Origin: an uncultured Alphaproteobacteria bacterium
GTDB lineage: Bacteria; Pseudomonadota; Alphaproteobacteria; Rhizobiales; Xanthobacteraceae
Length of the DNA: 64,000 nt
Direction: 5' to 3'
Assembly: GCA_963790495.1 (NCBI GenBank)
Contig: CAWBOW010000017.1
Coordinates: 2,745-66,744 of the forward strand
Position numbers and translations under genes: made by a program. The notes beneath the pieces are model-generated. The model saw only the letters and a list, made by a program, of their open reading frames with translations, was not told the DNA's origin and did not search any database. Positions 51,057 to 62,144 of this stretch are shown piece by piece; position 1 is the stretch's first letter, and the number at the start of each line of letters is the position of its first letter.

Positions 51057-52037
51057 ATGATACGGCGCAGCTTCATCAGGCTTCTCGGCGGCGCGGTAGT
51101 CGCCTTGCCGTTCGCTGCGCACGCGCTGAAGTCAATGCCGGTGATCGGGCTGCTCGGCAGCACATCAGCCGATGACGCGTCCCGTGTTACCGATGCGCTA
51201 CGTGCGGGCTTGAAGGAAGCAGGCCTCACTGAAGGCCAAAACTTGGCGATCGAGTATCGGTGGGCGGCTGGCCGATATGATCGCCTACCGGCATTGGCGG
51301 CGGACTTGGTCAAGCATCAGGTAGCGCTCATCGTGACAGCCGGTGCCGAGCCCTCAGCGCTTGCGGCAAAGGCGGCAACGAACACGATTCCCATCGTCTT
51401 TGTCATCGAGGGAGACCCGATCAGTATCGGGCTCGTCAACAGCCTCAATCGGCCGGGCGGAAATGCCACCGGCATAAGTCTGATTGCGTCGTCTTTGGAG
51501 CCAAAGCGCCTAGAGCTGCTGCGCGAGCTGGTGCCCAAAAATACGATGATCGCCGTCCTGGTGAATCCCGGTTATCCTGATACCGATTTCCAACTGGGAG
51601 GCCTGCAAGCCGCAGCGACCGAGATAGGACAGCAAATCTCGATCCTGAACGCCAGCACGGAAGCCGACATCGAAACCGCCTTCACGACCTTGGTCCAGCA
51701 GCAGGCCCGTGCGCTCCTCGTCGTTGCCGATCCGCTGTTTAACAGGGTGCATGATCAGATCGTCGCGCTGGCAGCACGCTATAAGGTGCCCGCGATCTAT
51801 AGCTCGCACGAATTCGTTACCGCTGGCGGCTTGATGAGCTACGGGGCTAGCGCAGCAGATGCCTATCGCGAGGCGGCCCTTTACGTCGGCAAAATTCTCG
51901 GCGGCACCAAGCCCGCGGACCTTCCCGTCCAGCAGCCAACCACATTCGAGTTGGTCATCAATCTCAAAGTTGCAAAGGCACTCGGCCTCACAATTCCGAA
52001 CGCTTTACTTGTGGCCGCTGATCAAGTGATAGAATAA
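51057..52037 (+). CDS. ABC transporter substrate-binding protein (ABC_sub_bind/COG2984-type)
   Basis: Tat/Sec-like leader MIRRSFIRLLGG.... Motifs IPIVFVIEGDPISIGLVNSLNRPGGNATG, ...VPAIYSSHEFVTAGGLMSYG and ...LPVQQPTTFELVINLKVAKALGLTIP. Confidence 0.85.
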   Translation: MIRRSFIRLLGGAVVALPFAAHALKSMPVIGLLGSTSADDASRVTDALRAGLKEAGLTEGQNLAIEYRWAAGRYDRLPALAADLVKHQVALIVTAGAEPSALAAKAATNTIPIVFVIEGDPISIGLVNSLNRPGGNATGISLIASSLEPKRLELLRELVPKNTMIAVLVNPGYPDTDFQLGGLQAAATEIGQQISILNASTEADIETAFTTLVQQQARALLVVADPLFNRVHDQIVALAARYKVPAIYSSHEFVTAGGLMSYGASAADAYREAALYVGKILGGTKPADLPVQQPTTFELVINLKVAKALGLTIPNALLVAADQVIE

Positions 52038-52310
52038 AGAACGCTCGCACATGACCGGCGATAAATAGCGTCCGCAGCGTCGTCGATACTGCCGCCGTGG
52101 GCGGCATCGGTCAGCGCTTTGGCGCGCGACGAAACCGGCTTCAGGGATCGATCCTGCGCCGCGGACGCCTGGGCTCAGTGACGGTTTGCTTCATGCCGTC
52201 TCGCGGTGGCCAAAGCCGTGTGAGGTCCAAATGCATCGACGGTCCCTGTTACCCGCACCGTTACTCTTGGCTTTTAGAGATGAGATTGTGAGAACTCGTA
52301 CTTGATTTTG

Positions 52311-52386
52311 TGGTGAGCGCGCTGGGACTCGAACCCAGGACCCCGTGATTAAAAGTCACGTGCTCTACCGACTGAGCTACGCGCTC
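52311..52386 (-). tRNA. tRNA-Lys (anticodon UUU)
   Basis: Manual fold of 76 nt. Acceptor GAGCGCG/CGCGCTC, D-arm GCTC/GAGC, anticodon stem CGTGA/TCACG with loop CTTTTAA, T-arm CTGGG-TTCGAGT-CCCAG, and an encoded CCA. Confidence 0.95.
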
Positions 52387-52534
52387 GACCTGACCGCTCA
52401 AATACTTAAGTACGGCAGCGCTTTTACCAGTGCCGCGTGCCGCTGGCCGCTTTTTCGCGCGCCGGTTTTGCTAGATTGCGGCGAAGCCGCCGGATAGCCG
52501 CGCAAATCGAGAACTTCGATCGAGGGAGCTTGCC

Positions 52535-53708
52535 ATGCCGATCGTCAATCGCATCGCCGACCTGCATGCCGAAATCACGGAATGGCGGCGGGACATGCAC
52601 GCCCATCCGGAACTGCGCTACGACGTGCACCGCACCGCGGCTTCGGTCGCCGACAAGCTCAAGAGCTTCGGCTGCGACGAGGTGGTGACCGGGCATCGGG
52701 CGCACCGGCGTGGTCGGCGTCATCCGCGGCCGCAAGAGCCGGCAGCAAGGTCGTCGGGCTGCGCGCCGACATGGATGCGCTGCCGATCGAGGAGGAAACC
52801 GGCCTGCCGTACAAGTCGACGGTGCCGGGCAAGATGCACGCCTGCGGCCATGACGGCCACACCGCGATGCTGCTCGGCGCCGCCAAATATCTCGCCGAGA
52901 CCCGCAATTTCGCCGGCACCGCGGTGGTGATCTTCCAGCCGGCCGAGGAGGGCGGCGCCGGCGGCCGCGGCCATGATCAAGGACGGCCTGATGAGCCGCT
53001 TCGGCATCGACGAAGTCTACGGCATGCACAATTATCCGGGCATGCCGGTCGGCCAATTCGCCATCCGCTCCGGGCCGATGATGGCGCGGCCGACCACATC
53101 GAGATCGATCTCGAAGGCAAAGGCGGCCACGCGGCGCGGCCGCATCTCGCCATCGACACCATCCTGGTCGGCGCGCAGATCATCAACCAGTTGCAATCGA
53201 TCGTGTCGCGCAACGTCGATCCGCTGGAAGCGGCGGTGGTGTCGATCTGCATGTTCCAGGCCGGCCACACCGACAACGTCATCCCGCAGCACGCGCAAGC
53301 TTGCGCGGCACGGCGCGCAGCCTCGACCGCCGAGCGTGCGCGAACTTCTGCAGCAAGCGCATCGCGCGAAGTGGTCGAAGGCACCGCGCGGCTTTACGGC
53401 GCCACGGCCAAGATCACCTACACCAACGGCTATCCGGTGGTGGTGAACCACGAGCGGCAAACCGCGTTCGCCGCCGACGTCGCCCGCGAGATCGCCGGCC
53501 CGGACGAGGTCGATACCGACGCTGCCGCCGGTGATGGGGGCGGAGGATTTCGCCTTCATGCTCAACGAGCGGCCGGGCGCCTTCATCTTCGTCGGCAACG
53601 GCGACAGCGCCGGGCTGCATCACCCGGCCTACGACTTCAACGACGAGGTGATCCCGGTCGGCACTTCGTATTGGGTGCGGCTCGCGGAAACGGCGCTGGC
53701 CGGCTTGA
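52535..53708 (+). pseudogene. M20D family amidohydrolase (hippurate hydrolase-like), about 10 frame disruptions as sequenced
   Basis: [60 protein letters not shown] and GLHHPAYDF occur in alternating frames between about 52690 and 53530. The 3' end is inferred (TGA about 53706-53708). Confidence 0.78.
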
Positions 53709-53720
53709 GCGTTGCCGCTC

Positions 53721-53787
53721 ATTCCCCGAAAGCGGGAATCGAGCCCTATTTGTTCAAATCTGGGTCCCAGCTTTCGCGGGACGAGCG
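53721..53787. repeat. REP-like hairpins downstream of the amidohydrolase
   Basis: attccccgaaagcgggaatc (53721-53740) and gtccc-agctttcgc-gggac (53764-53782). The spurious peptide 'WVPAFAGR' is characteristic of Bradyrhizobiaceae REPs. Confidence 0.4.
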
Positions 53788-53977
53788 CGGGGTTGCACTA
53801 CTGCGCGGCTTCGGCGTTGTCGCTCGAGCTTCGACGTTTCGGCCAATGCCGGGTGGCCATCGCCTGGGTATTGGCGATCACTTTGCCGATGACGTCATGC
53901 GATTGCGGCAACAGGTCCGCGGCCTTGGCGCCGATGGCGGCCTCGATGGGCCCTCGATGCCGTGCCAGAAGGCGAAA

Positions 53978-56522
53978 TTATTGAAACGCGTGCCCTCGAG
54001 AGCGGCCAAGCACGACCGCGGCAAGGAACGGCAGGCTCTGCACCACCAGCACGAAAGCGAAAATATTGATCTCGTGGACCTGCTTGTAATTGGTGACGAC
54101 CAGCGTCGCGGCGCCGACCAGCAACAGCGCAGCGATCACCGCCTCCCAGAACGCCGGAAAATCCGGCCCCTTGCGGGCGACGCCGCCTTTGGCGGTGCGC
54201 AGGAACGGCATGCGCTCGTGGATGACGCCGAGTGCCGACCGAGCGCGCCACGGTCCATTGCAACGCCATGGCGGCGCAGACAGCGCGCCAGCATCTGCCC
54301 AGGCGTTGCCCGCACGCGCAGCCGGTAGAGCAAGACGAAATGGGCGACCGAAACCGCAAACGCCGCGATGATCGGCAAGGTCAGGATGCGGTCCGGCACC
54401 GCGATATTGGCGAAGGCGACGAACGGCACCCAGACGATGTTGAGAAGCGCCACAACGACGCCGATGGCGTCGGCAGCCAAGCCAGTTGAGCCAGCCGATG
54501 CCGTATTCCCGCTTCTGCTCGCGGGTCAGCCCGATCGGCCCAGGGCAGCATGCGCCGCCAATGCTTGCGCACGAGCTGGAAGCCGCCGAACGCCCAGCGG
54601 TGGCGCTGCCGCTTGTAGGCTTCGAACGTATCCGGCAGCAGGCCGTGGCCGTAGCGGCGGTTGGTGTAATGGGCGATCCAGCCGCGCTCGAGAATACTGC
54701 AAGCCGAGATCGGTATCCTCGACGATGGTGTCGGACGACCAGCCGCCGGCATCGTCGATCGCGGCGCGGCGGATCAGGCACATGGTGCCATGCATGATGA
54801 TGGCGTTGAACTCGTTCCGCTGCACCATGCCGATGTCGAAGAAGCCGGCATATTCCGCATTCATCGCCGTATGCATCAGCGAGCGGTCGCCGTCGCGATG
54901 ATCCTGCGGCGACTGCACGAAGCCGACACGCGGATCGGCGAACAGCGGCAGCCAGATCCTTCAGCCAGTCGGATCGAGCACATAGTCGGCATCGATGCTG
55001 GCGATGATCTCGGCGTCCGGCGCGGTATGGCCAGCGCGAGCCGCAGCGCGCCGGCCTTGTAGCCGGTCAGATTGTCCACCCGCACGAATTTGAAGCGCTC
55101 GCCGAGCGCCCGGCAGTGATCCTCGACCGGCCGCCACAGTGCCGGATCGGGCGTGTTATTGATCACCACCACGCATTCGAGGTTCGGATAATCGATGCCG
55201 CGCCACGGCATCGAGCGTGGCGTTGAGCATGTCCGGCGGCTCGCAGCAGGCCGGCACATGGATCGAGACCTTCGGCGCATAGACGCCGCGGGCACCAGCG
55301 GCGGCGCATTGGCGAGCCGCCGCGGCGGGCGGCCGAAGGCGATCGCGGCGATCTCTTCCATGCGCGACAGCGCGATCGCGACCAGCGGCACCAGCAGAAC
55401 GATGCCGAGCCCGAGCGCGAAGGCGGCGCCGGGCACGAAGTAGTGGCCCTTCCAGAACGCGACGATGGCGGCGAACCAGGCGCCGACCGACATTGGCCGA
55501 AACCGCCAGCATCAGCGCTTGGCTGAAGCGTCACGCCCGCCATGGCGAGGATCGGCAGCGACAGCAACAAGCCGAACAGCACGGCGAGCCCGGCGCTGCT
55601 TGGGGTAATCGGGATCGGTGATCGGCTCCGGTCCAGGCGAATTTCGGCTGCCGGGAGGCATCGAACAGGCCCCAATAGGGGCCGACGCCGCCCTCCATCG
55701 TCTTCCACGGCTGATCGATGGCTTCGACGATGTTGTAATCGATGCCGTAGGCTTCGGCGCGGGTGACGAAATCGCGCAGCACCTGCGCCTGCTCGCATGC
55801 GGCCTGGAACGGCCTCGTGGAAGTTGTAGCCGGCGCTCGGCCAGCCGAATTCGGCGATGACAATGCGCTTGCCGGGATGCATCTGGCGGAGCTTGTCGTA
55901 GAATTCGATGGTGTGATCGACCGCCGTCGAGGCGTCGAAGCCTTCCCAGTACGGCAGGATATGCGCGGCGATGAAATCGACCGCCGAGGCCAGCTCCGGA
56001 TGATCGATCCAGACCGTCCAGATTTCACCGGTCGTTACAGGGACTGGGCTTGAACGCTTCACCTGTTGGATGAGCTTGATGAGGTCCGGGACCGTCATTT
56101 CGGCACGCAGCGTGGTCTCGTTGCCGACCACGATGGCGTCGACATTGCTGTTGTGCCGGGCGAGGTCGAGCGCGGAGGCGATCTCGCGCGCGTTGCGGGC
56201 CTGATCCTTGTCGATCCAGGCGCCAACCGTCACTTTAAGGCCGAATTCGGCGGCAATCGGCGGGATAAGCTCGGCACCGCCGGTGGCCGAATAGGTACGG
56301 ATTGCCCGCGTATAAGGGGCGATGGCCGCCAGATCGGCCCGGATCTGCTCCGCCGTCGGCCGCGGCCCGGAATCGGGATGAGATCGAATCCTTGAACGGC
56401 GAATATGAGACGCTGGCAAGCTGGCCGGTGAAATCCGGCGCGGTCGCCACAGGTCTCAGCAAGGCCCAGATGCCGGCATGCACGCACGCTACGAGCGCGA
56501 GCACGGCGACGACGGTGCGCAT
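53978..56522 (-). pseudogene. ndvB: NdvB-like cyclic beta-1,3-glucan synthase (N-terminal GH17 domain plus processive GT2 domain), at least 8 frame disruptions as sequenced
   Basis: Reconstructed from six minus-strand ORF fragments. Order: signal/TM helix, then GH17 (IVVGNETTLR, AEFGWPSAG, EAIDQPWK), TM helices, GT2 (PKVSIHVPACCEPP, IASIDADYVLDP, QSPQDHRDG, YKRQRHRWAFGG) and C-terminal TM helices. Confidence 0.72.
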
Positions 56523-56709
56523 GGACTCTTACCAATGGGGCGGAACGACACGGGCCCGAACCTGCCCCCAGGTTCGACTAGTCGTAAGGGTGAGGCACCT
56601 TGCGAGCGGCATAATAAAACTAGCGTCGGGTCGTGGCGAATTCAAGACGACCGGGCGGCCGCACCAAAAATTTGGCGACCAAATAGCGGTTTTGCCTAAC
56701 GCGGGACCG

Positions 56710-57288
56710 CTAGCGTTTTGTGCTCGGGTTCGGCGCCGCAGCGGCGGGTGCAGAAGAGGCGGCGGGAGAGGTGCCAGGAGAGGTGCCAGGAGAGGTGCCG
56801 GGAGCCGTGCCAGCAGCCGTGCCAGGAGAGGCAGCGGTGGCCGCTTCCCGCGACGGGTTGATCCAGCAAGCGAGCACCTGGCCGTTCAAGCTGTCCGGGG
56901 TTTTCGGGTCGACCGAATTCGAGTGGAGCACGAGGCATCGGAAAGCCGCTTGGACGTGGCCGCTCGGACAGCCGAAACGATCGTAAAGGTCGAGGTGGCG
57001 GAACGCGGTGTCGAGGTCGTCGCGCCACAACAGGCTCACAACGCGGCGGCCAAGCCAGACGCATTCGGGATTGCCGGCCGGCCCGTTAATCGCGCGCTGT
57101 GCTTCGGCGTATTCGTCGACCTTCTGCGGTTCTTTGCCGGCTTCTTTTCCGGCTGGCGCCTGGCTCTGTTGCGCAGGCGCCGAACTGACGCTTTGTGACC
57201 AAGCCGGGTGGAGAACGGCGCCGGCCGGCAGCAACAGGCACACGGCGATACCCAATCCGCCGACAATGCTTAGCACGCGATGCGACAT
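56710..57288 (-). CDS. Hypothetical secreted protein with a C-terminal (A/S)PGT repeat tail; positionally equivalent to ndvD
   Basis: Signal peptide MSHRVLSIVGGLGIAVCLLLPAGA and a Cys-containing core. It lies between the ndvB-like and ndvC-like genes. Sequence identity to B. japonicum NdvD was not verified. Confidence 0.6.
   Translation of the reverse strand: MSHRVLSIVGGLGIAVCLLLPAGAVLHPAWSQSVSSAPAQQSQAPAGKEAGKEPQKVDEYAEAQRAINGPAGNPECVWLGRRVVSLLWRDDLDTAFRHLDLYDRFGCPSGHVQAAFRCLVLHSNSVDPKTPDSLNGQVLACWINPSREAATAASPGTAAGTAPGTSPGTSPGTSPAASSAPAAAAPNPSTKR
56766..56837. repeat. Six degenerate tandem 12-nt units inside the 56710-57288 CDS
   Basis: Units gagaggtgccag x2, then gagaggtgccgg, gagccgtgccag, cagccgtgccag and gagaggcagcgg. 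They encode ...GTAAGTAPGTSPGTSPGTSP... on the minus strand. Confidence 0.8.
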
Positions 57289-57547
57289 GAGTTCCCTTGG
57301 ATTGTTGGGGCCAAAATGAACCGATGAGACGGATGTTCCCCCGGACCGTTGCAGCCGTCAGACTGGCGCACCCGCAACGTTTCGATCGATCGGCGTTCGA
57401 TCGACCCTGCGTTGGCCACCAGACTGAGCCGCCAGTGCGGCGGTTCGCCCGAATGAGCCGGGCAAACATCACCCCAACTGCAGGCGTTTGTCCAGCGCAC
57501 CGCGCAACGCGCTTGGCATCATCATGCGGCAAGGCTAATGCCAAGCG

Positions 57548-59167
57548 ATGTCACGCTCTCCCGATGGCAACCGGGCCGCGGCGCTTGTGAGTTTCGCGCT
57601 GACCGCGCTGGCGGTCGTCGCGGCATGGTGGTGGCTCGGCATGCCGGTCAAGCTACCGGGCTCGCCGCTTGCCAATGGCGGCAAGCTTTATTGCGTTTCT
57701 TATTCGCCGTTTCGCGGCGGTCAGGATCCGCTCATCGAGACGACGCGGGTCACCGCGCAACAGATCGACCAAGATTTGACGCTGCTGTCGCGTTACACCG
57801 ATTGCGTCCGCACTTATTCCGTCGACATGGGGCAGGATCAGATCGCGGCCATCGCCGAGCGGCATCACATGCAGGTGCTGCAGGGCATCTGGCTGTCGCA
57901 CGACGCCGCGCAAAATCGCCAGCAGATCGCCACCGCGGTCGCTTTGGCCAAACGCTATCCCGGCACCATCCGCGCCATCGTCGTCGGCAACGAGGTGCTG
58001 TTGCGCGGCGATCTCTCGCTTGCCGATTTGGAAGCCGATATTCGCGACGTCAAGGCGCAAGTGACCCAGCCGGTCACCTATGCCGACGTCTGGGAATTCT
58101 GGCTGCGCTACAGCGACCTGCAAAGCGCGGTCGATTTTGTCACCATCCATATCCTGCCGTATTGGGAAGACTTCCCGATCCCGGCCGATGGCGCCGCGGC
58201 GCATGTCGAGGATATCCGCAAAAAAGTCGCGGCCGCCATTCCCGACAAGGATATCCTCATCGGCGAATTCGGCTGGCCGAGCGAGGGCCGGATGCGCGAG
58301 GGCGCGCGGCCGTCTCCCGCCAACCAGGCCCGCGTCATCGCCGAGACCTTGGCGCTGGCACAGCGGGACAATTTCCATGTCAACGTCATCGAGGCTTTCG
58401 ATCAGCCATGGAAGCGGCAGCTCGAAGGTGCGACCGGAGGTTATTGGGGCGTGATCGACCGCGCCACACAGGCGCCGAAATTCAGTTTCGATGGCGTCGT
58501 ATCGGATCATCCGCACTGGATGGTGCAGGCGCTGGCCGGCGTGTTGCTCGTTGCGGCAGGCTTTATCGCCGCCGCCATTGCCGGCCGCGGCAAGCTTGCC
58601 CCGGTGCTGCTATGGCCGCGGATCGCCGCGTTGACATTTTTGCCCGCCGTCCTGTTCGGCTGGACGCTTGAGCGCGTGCCGATCGACAGCTTCACCGCAG
58701 GCGGTTGGCTGCGATCGCTGGCTTTTGCCGCGACGGCAGCCACGGCGCCGATCGCCTGCGCGGCCGCATGCGCAAGCGGCCGGCGAGCGCCGGCCTTCGC
58801 GGCATTGCTGTCGCGCTCGGACACGCGCTTGGACGGGTTGGGCCTTGCCCTGGGCGGCATCCTGATCGTCCTGACGCTCTTGTCGGTGGAGACCGCGCTC
58901 GGCCTGGTGTTCGATCCGCGCTACCGCGATCTGCCGTTCGCGCCGCAAAGCGGCGCGGCGCTGCCGTTTCTACTGCTGGCTTTTTCGTCAGCGTCGCGTT
59001 TCGGCGCCCGCGCAATGGCGGAAACGGTTGCGGCGGCGGTGTTGGCGCTCGCCGCGATCTATATCGCAGTCAACGAAACCTTCGCCAATTGGCAGGCGAT
59101 CTGGCTGTGTGCCGGCTTCCTGATCCTTGCCGTCATTCTGGAGCGGGCGCGGGCCGCGCCAGGCTAA
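57548..59167 (+). CDS. ndvC: NdvC-like membrane-anchored GH17 beta-glucan transglycosylase
   Basis: Intact 539-aa ORF with an N-terminal TM helix, a GH17 domain (IVVGNEVLLR, GEFGWPSEG, EAFDQPWK) and a polytopic C-terminal half. Confidence 0.78.
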   Translation: MSRSPDGNRAAALVSFALTALAVVAAWWWLGMPVKLPGSPLANGGKLYCVSYSPFRGGQDPLIETTRVTAQQIDQDLTLLSRYTDCVRTYSVDMGQDQIAAIAERHHMQVLQGIWLSHDAAQNRQQIATAVALAKRYPGTIRAIVVGNEVLLRGDLSLADLEADIRDVKAQVTQPVTYADVWEFWLRYSDLQSAVDFVTIHILPYWEDFPIPADGAAAHVEDIRKKVAAAIPDKDILIGEFGWPSEGRMREGARPSPANQARVIAETLALAQRDNFHVNVIEAFDQPWKRQLEGATGGYWGVIDRATQAPKFSFDGVVSDHPHWMVQALAGVLLVAAGFIAAAIAGRGKLAPVLLWPRIAALTFLPAVLFGWTLERVPIDSFTAGGWLRSLAFAATAATAPIACAAACASGRRAPAFAALLSRSDTRLDGLGLALGGILIVLTLLSVETALGLVFDPRYRDLPFAPQSGAALPFLLLAFSSASRFGARAMAETVAAAVLALAAIYIAVNETFANWQAIWLCAGFLILAVILERARAAPG

Positions 59168-59513
59168 GGATCAGAAGTCCGGCGGCAAGCGTCGAGATAT
59201 CGGCATTATGCAGGACGATGCCGAAGCCGGCCGCCGCCAGCGCCACCGTGACCAGCACCAGCGAGGGCCGCAACAGATTGAGAAGCGCGGCGATCAGCGC
59301 CACGCCGCCGAACACTTGGTAATGGAACAATACGATCGACAGCCGGAACGTGCTGCACAGCCAGGTCTGTAGCCCGGCCTGGCAGGCCAGTTCCACGTTG
59401 GTGTTCTCGATCGCCATGTAACGGATGTAGAGCGCTTCGCCCACCGCGGCGAAGCCGACGACGAGTAGCCAATTGGTCTGACGCGCGGTGGGTAGAAATA
59501 ACGGACGGCGCAT
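59133..59513 (-). CDS. Hypothetical 4-TM membrane protein (126 aa)
   Basis: Continuous ORF with four hydrophobic helices. Its 3' end overlaps the ndvC-like 3' end by 35 nt (convergent). Confidence 0.5.
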   Translation of the reverse strand: MRRPLFLPTARQTNWLLVVGFAAVGEALYIRYMAIENTNVELACQAGLQTWLCSTFRLSIVLFHYQVFGGVALIAALLNLLRPSLVLVTVALAAAGFGIVLHNADISTLAAGLLILSLARPAPAPE

Positions 59514-59613
59514 CTTGCTCTCGCGTAATCCTGCCCCTCAGCCAAACCACGCCAGGCCGGATCACGCAACAGTGGGGAACGCAGTCCATGCGGTCGGCGG
59601 CTGCAGCGCGGCG

Positions 59614-60438
59614 TTAGCGCAGCGCGAGATGCTGGCCGTCAAAAATGGTCGGCTGGCAATAAAGACCCGCGAGCGTAAGCTGGCTGCAAAGCGCCGCCGG
59701 CGCGCCGGGTTGCACGATCGGGCCCGCTATCAGCCGCAACTCGATCCGCGTGGTATGCGGGATTTCCTTGACGCTGATGATCGGCTCCAATCCCACGAAA
59801 AATTGCGGATGCGCGGTACGGATCGCGGCCCAGCGCAGACGCAACGCCTGGATGGTCAGGCCGGAGCCGATATCGATGCCGAATTGCATGTGCGGCGGCG
59901 GCGCTGCCGTCTCGGCGCCGGCTCTGATGGTGTCCGGCGGCCGCTCAGCCGCAATCTGCGAAAGCGCCGGCACCGAAGCCGACACTGCGGCGGTGGCCGC
60001 CACCGAAGGCCCGTCGTCGGTGCGCTGGCTTTCATCGGCGGCCCGAAGCTGTTTGCTGATCGAGCCGGTGACGTCCTGCATATCCTGCTCGACGGTGGCA
60101 AGCCGCGATTCAATCCGATCGTCGGCGACCGACAGTTGCCGCAGCGCCGCGCCAAGGCGCGCGGTTTCGGCCTGGGCATCGAATGGTGCGGCAGCGGCGG
60201 GCCGTGGCCGGTGCAAAATCAGGGCGAGACGATTTTCCGCCACCTGGCTTTGGCCGGTTAACACCACGATCAGCACGGTCGCAGCAGCAGCCGCGCCCCA
60301 TAATGCCACGCGCTGCAAGCGTTCGATGGTGAAGCGCTTCTTCGGAGCGACCAGCATCTCCGGACGCACCATACCGGGAAGCGCCGCCGGCGGTGGCGGC
60401 GGCCGTTCCGCTCGCAACGCATCGGTGAGATCGGTCAT
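59614..60438 (-). CDS. Hypothetical single-pass membrane protein with a SPOR-like C-terminal domain
   Basis: Pro-rich N-terminus, a TM helix (ALWGAAAAATVLIVVL), a coiled middle region and a C-terminal FGIDIGSGLTIQALRLRWAAI...RLIAGPI... region resembling SPOR. The start may instead be at 60489. Confidence 0.55.
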   Translation of the reverse strand: MTDLTDALRAERPPPPPAALPGMVRPEMLVAPKKRFTIERLQRVALWGAAAAATVLIVVLTGQSQVAENRLALILHRPRPAAAAPFDAQAETARLGAALRQLSVADDRIESRLATVEQDMQDVTGSISKQLRAADESQRTDDGPSVAATAAVSASVPALSQIAAERPPDTIRAGAETAAPPPHMQFGIDIGSGLTIQALRLRWAAIRTAHPQFFVGLEPIISVKEIPHTTRIELRLIAGPIVQPGAPAALCSQLTLAGLYCQPTIFDGQHLALR

Positions 60439-60650
60439 GCGGCGTCCGCCACGGGTCGAATGCACAGGTTCCAAGCGAATTCCAGGCAAATCAGCGGTCA
60501 GTCGAATCAGTGCTAAAAACCTAGCAAATTCCGCGGTAAGCGGCCTCGTCGGCGCATCGTCGCGGTTCGGCTTCGACCGCCTTCGCTGCCGGTTCCGCGG
60601 GCTTTCGGCGACGGCTTACGTCCGCTAAGACAGCGCCGCGGAGGTTGCGA

Positions 60651-62028
60651 ATGGAAAGCCGAACGTCCGGCCGGAGCTGTCTTGCGATCGTGCTTGCGGC
60701 CGGGGAGGGCACGCGGATGCATTCGGCGCGGCCGAAAGTGATGCATGCGGTCGCCGGAAAAACCTTGCTGGCGCATGTGCTCGAGGCGACCGCCAAAACC
60801 GGCGTTACCGCGACCGCCGTCGTGATCGGGCCCGGCCAGGACGCGGTGGCCGCAGCAGCCAAGCGCGTCACCCCGGAGGCCGCGATTGTCGTGCAGGGCG
60901 AACGGCGCGGCACGGCGCACGCCGTGCTCGCGGCAAGGCCGGCCATCGCCGCGGGAGCGGACGACATTCTGGTTCTCTACGGCGATACCCCGCTGATCCG
61001 GCCGCAGACGCTGTCGCGGTTACGCGCGCCGCTCGCCGACGGCGCGGCGCTTGCCGTGCTCGGCTTCCGCCCGGCCGATCCGGCCGGTTACGGGCGCTTG
61101 ATCGTGGAGGACGGCGAACTTGCCGCCATTCGCGAAGACGCCGACGCCAGCGCCGCCGAGCGCGGCATCGCGCTGTGCAACGGCGGCCTGATGGCGCTTT
61201 CGAGCAAGCACGCGCTGGCGATCCTCGACCAGATCGGCGACGACAATCGCAAACATGAATTCTATCTGACCGATGCGGTCGAAATCGCGCGCCGCATGAA
61301 GCTGCGCGCGGTTGCGGTCGAAGTCGAGGAGGACGAGGTGCGCGGCATCAACAACAAGAGTCAGCTGGCAGAGGCGGAGGCGGCGGCGCAACAGCGGCTG
61401 CGGCGCGCGGCACTGGAAGCCGGCGTCACGCTCATTGCGCCGGAGACGGTTTTTCTCTCCGCCGATACCACGTTCGGCCGCGACGTGATCGTCGAGCCCC
61501 ATGTCGTGTTCGGCGAAAAGGTCACGGTCGAGGACGGTGCCGTCATTCATTCATTCTCGCATCTTGTCGGCGCGCATGTCGGCAAGGGCGTGTCGGTCGG
61601 CCCATTCGCGCGGCTGCGGCCGGGCACCCGGCTCGGCGAAGGCGCACGCATCGGCAACTTCGTCGAAGTCAAGGAAGCGGTCATCGAGGCCGGCGCCAAA
61701 GCCAACCATTTAAGCTACATCGGCGACGCTTTCGTCGGCGCCAATGCCAATGTCGGCGCCGGCACCATCACCTGCAATTACGACGGCGCCGCCAAGCACC
61801 GCACCGACGATCGGCAAGAACGCCTTCATCGGCTCGAACTCGGCGCTGGTGGCGCCGGTCGAGATCGGCGAGGGCGCCTATGTCGGCTCCGGCTCGGTGA
61901 TCACCGAGAACGTGCCGGCGGACGCGCTGGCGCTCGGGCGCGGCCGGCAAAGCGTTAAGGAAGGCTGGGCATCGCGCTTGCGCGGACTGAAGCTGCTCGG
62001 CAAAAACAAGGCGCATGCGCGCGATTAG
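60651..62028 (+). pseudogene. glmU: Bifunctional GlcNAc-1-P uridyltransferase / GlcN-1-P acetyltransferase, single frameshift as sequenced
   Basis: LAAGEGTRM, an LbH C-terminal domain and [10 protein letters not shown]. The frame then switches near 61805 to [32 protein letters not shown]... Confidence 0.9.
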
Positions 62029-62144
62029 GCCTTTGCCGGCGCCCGATGTCATCAAACGAAAACTATTTTGATTATCGCGATTTCAACGGTTCCGCTTTAA
62101 ACGTTAACGGCGCTTCGCGGCGCGGCAGGAGTGGTTTTGGCGCC

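Noticed and set aside
48600-52386. A genomic islet integrated at tRNA-Lys, suggested by small lower-GC genes lying on the tRNA's 3' side.
   Set aside because: There is no integrase. I could see no direct repeat of the tRNA 3' end in the 48.6-52.3 kb stretch. The ABC-binding and CHRD genes are ordinary chromosomal types.
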